Positions 19,616-26,297 of a DNA stretch of 26,348 nucleotides are shown here, piece after piece; position 1 is the first letter of the stretch, and every line of letters starts with the position of its first letter. A program made the translations under genes and the position numbers. Below the pieces are notes generated by a model. The model saw only the letters and a list, made by a program, of their open reading frames with translations. It did no database searches and was not told the origin of the DNA. The stretch comes from a virus (lineage: Duplodnaviria > Caudoviricetes): IMG/VR virus record IMGVR_UViG_3300027804_000198, positions 1-26,348 of that record, one strand, 5' to 3'.

Positions 19616-19854
19616 TACTTTTTACTTTTAGGTTTAACTTCCTCAGTTTGATTAAGGTACGCTAGTATAATTTTAAAAGCATCTTTGTAAATGTTTGTAC
19701 AAGTTGAACACTCAACAAGCGTTTCAACCGTTGCATCAATACCATGATAGGCTGCTAAAATTTCTTTAACATTATCATTTGAACTGTCAGGACGGATTAG
19801 ATCATGTGCTACTGCATAAATAAAATCCCTTTGTTTAATTAAAGTTTGATTCAT
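19615..19854 (-). CDS. Hypothetical protein with a CxxC motif
   Basis: 79 aa containing ECSTC; ATGA overlap with the upstream gene. Confidence 0.6.
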   Translation of the reverse strand: MNQTLIKQRDFIYAVAHDLIRPDSSNDNVKEILAAYHGIDATVETLVECSTCTNIYKDAFKIILAYLNQTEEVKPKSKK

Positions 19855-20360
19855 TTTAGTTTATTTTTTATTTCGTTTTTAAATTTATTGTTTTCGTATA
19901 TGAGTTTCCTTTGATTAACTCCAAGTTCACTAGCTATCTCCCTTGTTGAGGTAACCACTGACTTAAATAGTATTTCAGCTTTAAATGGTTGCTCTCTAGC
20001 AAATTTAACAGTTCGTTCAAATTTCATATCTATGTCAAAATTATAACTTTCTTCTGACAAATCAAAATTTACTTCATAATCATTATGCCGCTCAACTAAT
20101 GGATTCTTTGTATTAATTAATTTATTTGCCCTGTGCCGGTCCGAGTTCATCCCTTTTAAAACATTTGAGCAGTAAGCAATAAATTGCCCACGATTAACTT
20201 TGTCAATTAAAAACTCTTCGGGTTTCTCGCAAAGGTATAAAAGAAACTCTTGGAATAGATCATGTTGAATATCCCGATAATTACATAGCTTTGCAGTCAA
20301 TCCGATTAACATTCGGCTTGTTGCTGCTATGACTATCAGTTGTTCCTTATTGATTAACAA
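19851..20360 (-). CDS. Sigma-70/ECF-like transcription factor (candidate late sigma)
   Basis: Region-2-like HDLFQEFLLYL...FIAY and region-4 HTH-like STREIASELGV. Confidence 0.6.
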   Translation of the reverse strand: MLINKEQLIVIAATSRMLIGLTAKLCNYRDIQHDLFQEFLLYLCEKPEEFLIDKVNRGQFIAYCSNVLKGMNSDRHRANKLINTKNPLVERHNDYEVNFDLSEESYNFDIDMKFERTVKFAREQPFKAEILFKSVVTSTREIASELGVNQRKLIYENNKFKNEIKNKLK

Positions 20361-20811
20361 ATGTATTAAATTTCTCTAAGAATTCATCAAAGGTATGGCA
20401 AATAAAATAAATGCCGCCAGCACGTTCAATAGCTTGTTGATATTCCTTTTGTACTTCGCTTTGTTTATCCTTCATTTTAATTTCAATCTTTATTGATTTA
20501 CCTTTAAAAGTTGCAGATATATCAGCAGTTCCGTTGGTTCCTTGCCCCTTAATATATTTGCCTGTACCTATCTTTTTTTGGTTTCCAAGTACATCGGTTA
20601 CTATTTTACTGTCATCAATATACCTACCAGTGTTAGATATTCTTTCAGCTTGACCGCCTATAAAGTTAATGTAATCAGTTACACACTTTGTTAATCCGTT
20701 TGCAGTTGTATCGTTGTATTTAGTTTTAACTACATAGTTAGCAGGCATACGAGTACGTTCGCAAGCGTAAGCATGTTGGAGTTCTGAAAGTTGTTTTAGG
20801 GATGGTTTCAT
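20347..20811 (-). CDS. VRR-NUC / PD-(D/E)XK nuclease (resolvase-like)
   Basis: GTADI...IEIK...QSEVQKEYQQAIERAGGIY. Confidence 0.8.
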   Translation of the reverse strand: MKPSLKQLSELQHAYACERTRMPANYVVKTKYNDTTANGLTKCVTDYINFIGGQAERISNTGRYIDDSKIVTDVLGNQKKIGTGKYIKGQGTNGTADISATFKGKSIKIEIKMKDKQSEVQKEYQQAIERAGGIYFICHTFDEFLEKFNTFVNQ

Positions 20812-20918
20812 TTGTATTTACTTTTAAATAGTTTATAAGGCATTGTATTAAAATGTCCGTTAAATTCAAAGTCAATCAATTTAACTCCCTCGCTAGTATA
20901 GATGTTAATTATTTTCAT
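20808..20918 (-). CDS. Small hypothetical protein, 36 aa (not in the ORF track)
   Basis: MKIINIYTSEGVKLIDFEFNGHFNTMPYKLFKSKYK fills the gap exactly, with an ATGA overlap downstream. Confidence 0.45.
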   Translation of the reverse strand: MKIINIYTSEGVKLIDFEFNGHFNTMPYKLFKSKYK

Positions 20919-20919
20919 A

Positions 20920-23256
20920 TTAAAATGTATTATTATCAGTTATTAATTCAATATATCTTTGTCCCATACTATCCTGGCCTTTGGTTAATTCAATTTTATT
21001 AAATATACAATATTTCTCAACCCACCCCCAAAACCGCTTAGTTGATAGGTTATATTTTTTAAAGTCGGGATATTCCTCAATAAATATATTATAAATCATA
21101 TTTTTATTTAATCGTTCATTTTCTTTTAAAGTATCTTTATTAGCCCACTCATAAAATTCAAATGAAGTTTCTTTAATGTACTTCCTTATTTCTAAGTTCA
21201 CATATTCATAACTTACCAGACCATTAACTAAATACATTTGCATACATTTAACCATGTAATTATAAAAGTTAAGCCATTCGTTATTATTCCATTCATCAAA
21301 AAACATTCTGCCAAACTCATTAAGCGGAGTGTGTTTGTGACTAAAATAACTACTAAACTCAATCTCCCACTTTCTACGTTCAAATGATCCACCAACACCA
21401 CCAACAGTATAATTAGTTGTTATAATTATTTTAGGACTTCTGCTAACTGGTATCTTAATTGCATCCTTATTCTTTTTCTCTAAAGTTATGCCCTCAGTAA
21501 TTACGCTAAATAGATTTTCAAATTTAAAGTTTTTTTGTACATCATCAAATACTAATATCTGAGTATCGGCTGAAACTGTTTGATAAGGGAATGATTTTTC
21601 AAAACTAAATGATTTACCATTAATATCTGAAACCCTTTTTACTTTGCTTAGTGCATTCCAAAAAATACCCTTACCGCTACCGCCATTTGGATTCTCGCTA
21701 ATTGTTTCATCGTTTAATATAATAGCTTTATTATTTGCAGAAGTTTTAAAGGAGTGCATTAAATAACCAATAGTTGAAGTAATTGAGTTTACTTTGTCCT
21801 CATTCTTATTTGATATTAGTTCTATGAATTTACTGAAGTCACAATTAATATTATCAGTAATCTTAAAATCAAAATCAATAATGTGCTTTTTCCATACAAA
21901 ACCATCCAATTCTAAATAATCAATCAATTCAATATTATCGTATGTAACCTTTACAGCAGCATTCCTAAAATAAATATAACCAGTATCAATAGTGTCTTCC
22001 TTAAAAAAAATATTAGATTCACTTAAAATATTAAGGTAGTCATCTTTAAAATACTTTTGGTTACCAGCCATGTACTCATAAACTTTATGTTCATCCTGTT
22101 TAAGTAATTCATTCAATACATAATCTTTAATCTTAACTTCGTTTGTGTTATCAATTAAATTATTAGTAACCTTAACAAATATAAATGATTCGGAGTTCTC
22201 AGGGTAATATTTATAAAAACCATTTGATTCTAACCATAGCTTATAAAGATAATTTTCAATCTTAATACCTTTTTTAGTATGTACCCAAAAATCATTTATA
22301 GTTACATTTTCTTTAATTTCATTCAATACCCTTTCATCCACATTTGGCATTGATTCCTTAATTTCTTTAATCGTAGTTCCGGCCTTTAACTTAATAGATA
22401 TTTGTTTTAAAGTTTCGCTATCTTCAAAAAACTTCATACCAAAGTTAGATTTACACTTTGAGTAAGCTGAGCGTATCACTTTATCAATTTCATTAGCAGT
22501 AAAATCATTTGTAATAAACTGGTTACAAAATCGGTTAGTTTCTGATTCACTAATACCATAATCACTAAACGCCGATACCAATATAAATAAGTTATGGTTT
22601 CTGCTACCTTTGGCCATTGAATAAGATTTATTAAACCAGGACCATAAACGTTTTATAATTTCGCTTTCATTTTCTAATTTAATAGTTGGCGCATGATACC
22701 TATAATCAAATTGTTCATCCTCAATCTTTTCAGTCCATAATTCACTATCTTTATTAATATAAATATTTGGATCGTAGCTTTCAAAACATATCCTGCTTAT
22801 ATTTTTAGAAGTAGTATCAAAGTGAGTATTATCATAATATTTCTCTAAAGCATCAAAATACTTTTTATGATTCTCAATATCCTTAGGAATTTTAACAAGT
22901 AGCTTTATACCTATTCCACTAGGACTAATAAACATTGCAAAAGTATATTTATCTTTTTTTAATATTTTTAAATCAGCATCTAATAATTTTACTGATTCGT
23001 ATTTATCAAAGTCAAGGCAAACTAACCCACTATGTTCCGTAATGGAACTATCTGCTCTTTTTATAAATATTCCACAAAAACAAATGGCTGGTAATGTTGC
23101 TTTGATTTCATCTGCTAATTCTTTAGTTGGCTGCTTTCTAATTTCATCAACTATCAATTTAGATTTACCAACTTTAATTCTATTTAAAATAAAATCAATA
23201 TCCTTAATAAAAGGGGTATTGGTATTGTGTAAATTTTTAAATATTGTTACATTCAT
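20920..23256 (-). CDS. Primase-helicase: VirE-N/BT4734-like primase, PriCT-like domain and SF3/D5-like ATPase (start revised to ATG at 23256)
   Basis: KATLPAICFCG, HSGLVCLDFD, FISPSGIGIK; GSRNHNLF; Walker A GGSGKG, Walker B ILVFDD, IIITTN, SFERR. The ORF-track start at 23301 lies inside an RNA hairpin. Confidence 0.85.
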   Translation of the reverse strand: MNVTIFKNLHNTNTPFIKDIDFILNRIKVGKSKLIVDEIRKQPTKELADEIKATLPAICFCGIFIKRADSSITEHSGLVCLDFDKYESVKLLDADLKILKKDKYTFAMFISPSGIGIKLLVKIPKDIENHKKYFDALEKYYDNTHFDTTSKNISRICFESYDPNIYINKDSELWTEKIEDEQFDYRYHAPTIKLENESEIIKRLWSWFNKSYSMAKGSRNHNLFILVSAFSDYGISESETNRFCNQFITNDFTANEIDKVIRSAYSKCKSNFGMKFFEDSETLKQISIKLKAGTTIKEIKESMPNVDERVLNEIKENVTINDFWVHTKKGIKIENYLYKLWLESNGFYKYYPENSESFIFVKVTNNLIDNTNEVKIKDYVLNELLKQDEHKVYEYMAGNQKYFKDDYLNILSESNIFFKEDTIDTGYIYFRNAAVKVTYDNIELIDYLELDGFVWKKHIIDFDFKITDNINCDFSKFIELISNKNEDKVNSITSTIGYLMHSFKTSANNKAIILNDETISENPNGGSGKGIFWNALSKVKRVSDINGKSFSFEKSFPYQTVSADTQILVFDDVQKNFKFENLFSVITEGITLEKKNKDAIKIPVSRSPKIIITTNYTVGGVGGSFERRKWEIEFSSYFSHKHTPLNEFGRMFFDEWNNNEWLNFYNYMVKCMQMYLVNGLVSYEYVNLEIRKYIKETSFEFYEWANKDTLKENERLNKNMIYNIFIEEYPDFKKYNLSTKRFWGWVEKYCIFNKIELTKGQDSMGQRYIELITDNNTF

Positions 23257-23262
23257 ATAATT

Positions 23263-23344
23263 AAAAAACCCATGCCGTTGGAATGGTGGTTCCGCGAGCA
23301 ATGGGTTAATACTTTAGTTAATTTAGATAGCATCCACCAATGCC
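23263..23344 (-). promoter_or_regulatory. Structured 5' leader: two hairpins with complementary loops plus a U-tract
   Basis: Transcript reads GCAU-UGGUGG-AUGC ... AACCCAU..GGAA-CCACCA-UUCC..AUGGGUU-UUUU. Confidence 0.6.
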
Positions 23345-23354
23345 TTAACTTCTG

Positions 23355-23386
23355 CAAATATATAAAACATTTTTAATATAAACAAA
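23355..23386 (-). promoter_or_regulatory. Bacteroidota-type housekeeping promoter (leftward)
   Basis: Minus strand TTTG (23383-23386), 20-nt spacer, TATATTTG (23355-23362); matches the -33 TTTG / -7 TAnnTTTG consensus. Confidence 0.75.
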
Positions 23387-23396
23387 TTTATTTTTA

Positions 23397-23526
23397 AATA
23401 ACGCTTATAACGGATTAATAACGCTTTAACAACGGATTGCTTTGTACTGATACCAACACTTACAACGGAATAACGGATTGACTTCGGCAAAAACGAGAAA
23501 AAAAACACACCTAGTAAAAAAACGCT
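23397..23526. repeat. Iteron-like short direct repeats (candidate replication origin)
   Basis: AACGGA at 23409, 23431, 23464 and 23472; AACGCT at 23400, 23420 and 23521; non-coding and next to the primase gene. Confidence 0.5.
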
Positions 23527-23698
23527 ATAAGGGCAATAGGGGGGTAGTAACCTGTTATGTGTTATTCAACAGTTGCGCAACACCTGGCGGCCCATCTCAT
23601 ACAAAAACTATTACATTGATAATCAAGCAGTTACAAATTATTTTCATTTATTTTTAGTTTTGGGCCATAATATATTTTTTTATTAATTAAATAGTGTA

Positions 23699-23706
23699 TA
23701 CATTTG
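23699..23706 (+). promoter_or_regulatory. Possible rightward Bacteroidota -7 element
   Basis: TACATTTG about 30 nt upstream of ATG 23737; no correctly spaced -33 TTTG seen. Confidence 0.5.
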
Positions 23707-23736
23707 TATCATATTAATAACTTAAAAACTAAAAAC

Positions 23737-23901
23737 ATGACAACAACAGAAAAAAGAATTAATGATTTAAAACATGCAATGGAAATTGAATTAGTAAATA
23801 ATTTTCCTAATGGTGATTTATGGAATAAAATGTCTGATGAATTAGATGAGTTACAAAAAAAACCAAATACATTTGAAATATTATCATCTATACTTAAATA
23901 A
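23737..23901 (+). CDS. Hypothetical early protein, 54 aa (start revised to ATG at 23737)
   Basis: MTTTEKRINDLK..., preceded by the A-rich AAACTAAAAAC. Confidence 0.6.
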   Translation: MTTTEKRINDLKHAMEIELVNNFPNGDLWNKMSDELDELQKKPNTFEILSSILK

Positions 23902-23952
23902 CTAAACAGGGTGCAGCATCTGAAAAACTGCAATAACTAAAAAACAAACAAC

Positions 23953-24138
23953 ATGGAAATTCAGTATAATAAAAGGTATTTACTTGACGATTTAGAATTA
24001 CAATTAAAAAGAAAAAATGAAAACGTTTATACATTTAACGTTATGAATAAAGAAATGACAGTTAACATTTATGGAAATGTTGTTTATAATACTTGTATAA
24101 TTTCAAAAAGAATAAACGAATTAAAACTAAAATCATGA
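23953..24138 (+). CDS. Hypothetical protein
   Basis: 61 aa ORF with an A-rich leader. Confidence 0.55.
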   Translation: MEIQYNKRYLLDDLELQLKRKNENVYTFNVMNKEMTVNIYGNVVYNTCIISKRINELKLKS

Positions 24139-24284
24139 AAACAAAACAACCCAAAACAAAAGTTTATCCGATCCGTTTAGATACGGTATTATTAAACCAG
24201 GCACACAAAGTAATTGAGCCATCAGAATTAAGACTGAGAATTAAAAAGAAAATTAATAACTATTTAAAAACTTTAAACAAATGA
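24135..24284 (+). CDS. Small basic protein, possible ribbon-helix-helix DNA binder (start revised to 24135)
   Basis: MKTKQPKTKVYPIRLDTVLLNQAHK..., a beta strand followed by two helices; ATGA overlaps at both ends. Confidence 0.45.
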   Translation: MKTKQPKTKVYPIRLDTVLLNQAHKVIEPSELRLRIKKKINNYLKTLNK

Positions 24285-24358
24285 TACCTTTAATATTTTT
24301 AATAGCAATTATATCAATTATTAACTTTATGTATAGAGAATGGAAATCGCAACAATAA
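24281..24358 (+). CDS. Possible 25-aa membrane peptide
   Basis: MIPLIFLIAIISIINFMYREWKSQQ; ATGA overlap with the upstream stop. Confidence 0.4.
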   Translation: MIPLIFLIAIISIINFMYREWKSQQ

Positions 24359-24432
24359 TAAAAGCCGAATGGTGGGATAACTTTAATTTTGAATTATACA
24401 TTAAATATTTAAAAGCTAAAAGTAAAATATAA
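24340..24432 (+). CDS. Possible 30-aa protein whose stop codon is the TAA of the first TAAC site
   Basis: MEIATIIKAEWWDNFNFELYIKYLKAKSKI, stop at 24430-24432. Confidence 0.45.
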   Translation: MEIATIIKAEWWDNFNFELYIKYLKAKSKI

Positions 24433-24557
24433 CGTTTGCAGCTACCCGATGAAGGGGATTTTAACAACTAATCTAAATAAAAAGATATGAACGATAATAT
24501 AACTACTAAACTTTCCGAAGACAACACTACCCCCCTTTGTCGGGTAGGTGGTGTTAT
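24429..24557. repeat. attC-like imperfect hairpin site 1
   Basis: ATAAC-gtttgcag-CTACCCGA-tg-AAGGGG ... CCCCTT-tg-TCGGGTAG-gtggt-GTTAT. Confidence 0.75.
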
Positions 24558-24993
24558 GCCTTCGTGCTTTCTTATTCACTAATAATTTAATAACAAAAAT
24601 ATGAGCAGACAATTAAAATTCAGGGCTTGGGATGCCGAGCAAAACAAAATGATATTCACTTTTGATGGTGAGTATAAAATCATGGTAAACAGCGAAGATG
24701 GAACACTATTTTGTGGTGGTCATTTACCTAATGGAGATTGGAACGAACCACCATTGATGCAATTCATTGGCTTAACTGACAAAAAGGGAAATGAAATATT
24801 TGAAGGTGATATTGTCAAAACGAACACCGACAAAGCAATGGTAATAGGTTGGTCAGATAGACACGCTTCATTTACAATTGAAAGAGAAGGATGGGCTTTT
24901 CGTCATTATTTTGGTGAAGCAATGGAAGCCAATGAATGTGAAATTGTCGGGAATGTTTATGAGAACTGGGATGTCTTACAGCATGAGGCATAA
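24433..24993 (+). mobile_element. Putative gene cassette 1 (hairpin plus YopX gene)
   Basis: GTTATGCCTTCGTGCT (24553-24568) is nearly the reverse complement of AGCATGAGGCATAAC (24980-24994). Confidence 0.6.
24601..24993 (+). CDS. YopX family protein
   Basis: KFRAWD...LMQFIGLTDKKGNEIFEGDIV...EIVGNVYEN. Confidence 0.88.
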   Translation: MSRQLKFRAWDAEQNKMIFTFDGEYKIMVNSEDGTLFCGGHLPNGDWNEPPLMQFIGLTDKKGNEIFEGDIVKTNTDKAMVIGWSDRHASFTIEREGWAFRHYFGEAMEANECEIVGNVYENWDVLQHEA

Positions 24994-25039
24994 CGGACGC
25001 TAGCTAAGCCCTCGTTTTAATGGGGCTTAGGTTGTGTTA
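24991..25039. repeat. attC-like imperfect hairpin site 2
   Basis: TAAC-ggacgctag-CTAAGCCC-tcgttttaatg-GGGCTTAG-gttgt-GTTA. Confidence 0.75.
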
Positions 25040-25499
25040 CTTGCTGGCGGTACAGAATGCTGCTATAAGACTTTAATATAAAAAATATAGATATGATAAA
25101 TGAAAATGAAATAAGAGTAGGGAATATGTTTGAATATTCGGACAAGCATCCAGAAGCTAATTGTATGTTAGGAATACCAATGGTATGGACTGATGTAGAA
25201 TGGTATAGATTAGGAGATTGTATTGAAGATTTAGATTATTACAATCCAATAAAATTAACCGAAGATTGGTTATTGAAATTTGGATTTGAATGCTATGAAT
25301 TTGATAATGGAGAACCAAACCAATATAGATTTAAAAGTAGATTAATAGTAATAAGAAATGGATTTTTTTATGATTATGGAGCAGACGTTAAAATCGAATT
25401 TGTACATAAATTACAGAATTTATACAATGCTTTAACAAACGAGGAATTGGCAATTAGTAGATAAAAAATATTACTGACACCGCCACCGCTTGCAGGTAA
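24994..25499 (+). mobile_element. Putative gene cassette 2 (hairpin plus hypothetical gene)
   Basis: GTTACTTGCTGGCGGT (from 25036) is complementary, with a bulge, to ACCGCCACCGCTTGCAGGTAAC (ending 25500). Confidence 0.6.
25093..25464 (+). CDS. Phage hypothetical protein
   Basis: 123 aa with the motif pattern EIRVGN...PIKLTEDWLLKFGF...FVHKLQNLYNALTNEEL, which I recognise from Bacteroidota phage hypothetical proteins; function unknown. Confidence 0.7.
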   Translation: MINENEIRVGNMFEYSDKHPEANCMLGIPMVWTDVEWYRLGDCIEDLDYYNPIKLTEDWLLKFGFECYEFDNGEPNQYRFKSRLIVIRNGFFYDYGADVKIEFVHKLQNLYNALTNEELAISR

Positions 25500-25535
25500 C
25501 TACTCGCTAAAACCAATAAAACAATATCAATAACA

Positions 25536-25718
25536 ATGCAACTACTTAAATATAAAAAGGTTATAGGTTTTACAGAAACTCAAAAAAAAGCCTTTGAAAC
25601 CTTAGAAGATTATGGTATAAATGTAAACCATTTTATCCGTTTGGCAGTGAAAGAAAAACTACAAAAAGACTGGAAAACAATTAAAGAAAATAAACTAAAA
25701 ACTAAATGCCCTTTTTAA
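25536..25718 (+). CDS. Ribbon-helix-helix-like DNA-binding protein
   Basis: KKVIGFTETQKKAFETL...INVNHFIRLAVKEKL fits the CopG/Arc beta-alpha-alpha pattern. Confidence 0.55.
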   Translation: MQLLKYKKVIGFTETQKKAFETLEDYGINVNHFIRLAVKEKLQKDWKTIKENKLKTKCPF

Positions 25719-25719
25719 T

Positions 25720-26058
25720 ATGCTAAAAGAAATTCAATCACTCGAGGACCAGTTAATCTATTCATCAAATTGTGGTAGTAGTAGCTTATTATTTACCGTT
25801 ATGATGCACCGTACAAGCGAATGGATAGAAAGTAACAAGCCAAATGAAAAGCTACACATTAGCCCTTTTAAGGTAGAATTAGACAAGCAAGTTGACATGG
25901 TGGCTTACTACATTGAATGTGGTTACATCTTTGATACAGCTGTCAGAATGATCGGTAAAAACACTAGCGATTTTAGAAAGCAGTTAACGGACACGCACAA
26001 TTATATTATACAAGCTGCAAGAAAACAAAGAAAAATAAATAAACTAAAAAACAAATAA
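25720..26058 (+). CDS. Hypothetical protein
   Basis: 112 aa ORF contiguous with its neighbours. Confidence 0.6.
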   Translation: MLKEIQSLEDQLIYSSNCGSSSLLFTVMMHRTSEWIESNKPNEKLHISPFKVELDKQVDMVAYYIECGYIFDTAVRMIGKNTSDFRKQLTDTHNYIIQAARKQRKINKLKNK

Positions 26059-26061
26059 AAA

Positions 26062-26295
26062 ATGGAAACAAAAAACAATTCAGGAGCAATCTTTAAAAAC
26101 AACAAAACAAAAGAAAGCCAGCCCGATTATCGTGGAAAGGTAAAAGTAAACGACAAAGAAATGGAAATATCTTTGTGGGTAAAAGAAAGCCAAACAGGCA
26201 CTAAGTATTTTAGCGCATCGTTCCAAGAGCCATTTGTTAAGCCAACTACTACTGAGCCTTCAGTAACAAAGTCATTTGATGATATGCCTTTTTAA
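26062..26295 (+). CDS. Small ssDNA-binding-like protein (DUF736-like)
   Basis: NSGAIFKN...QPDYRGKV...ISLW...KYFS, with an acidic SSB-type tail DDMPF. Confidence 0.6.
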   Translation: METKNNSGAIFKNNKTKESQPDYRGKVKVNDKEMEISLWVKESQTGTKYFSASFQEPFVKPTTTEPSVTKSFDDMPF

Positions 26296-26297
26296 TT

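Noticed and set aside
23547-23565. TAAC...GTTA words in the intergenic region as another cassette site
   Set aside because: There is no intervening stem and no AGCTA/TAGGT frame.
23042-23933. ORFs 23042-23260 (+), 23323-23508 (-) and 23709-23933 (-)
   Set aside because: They are antisense to better-supported genes or run across the promoter and repeat region.
24429-25500. CRISPR array or simple terminators as the explanation for the hairpins
   Set aside because: There are no identical direct repeats with spacer-sized gaps, the hairpins lack U-tracts, and terminators would not explain the complementarity between each unit's ends.
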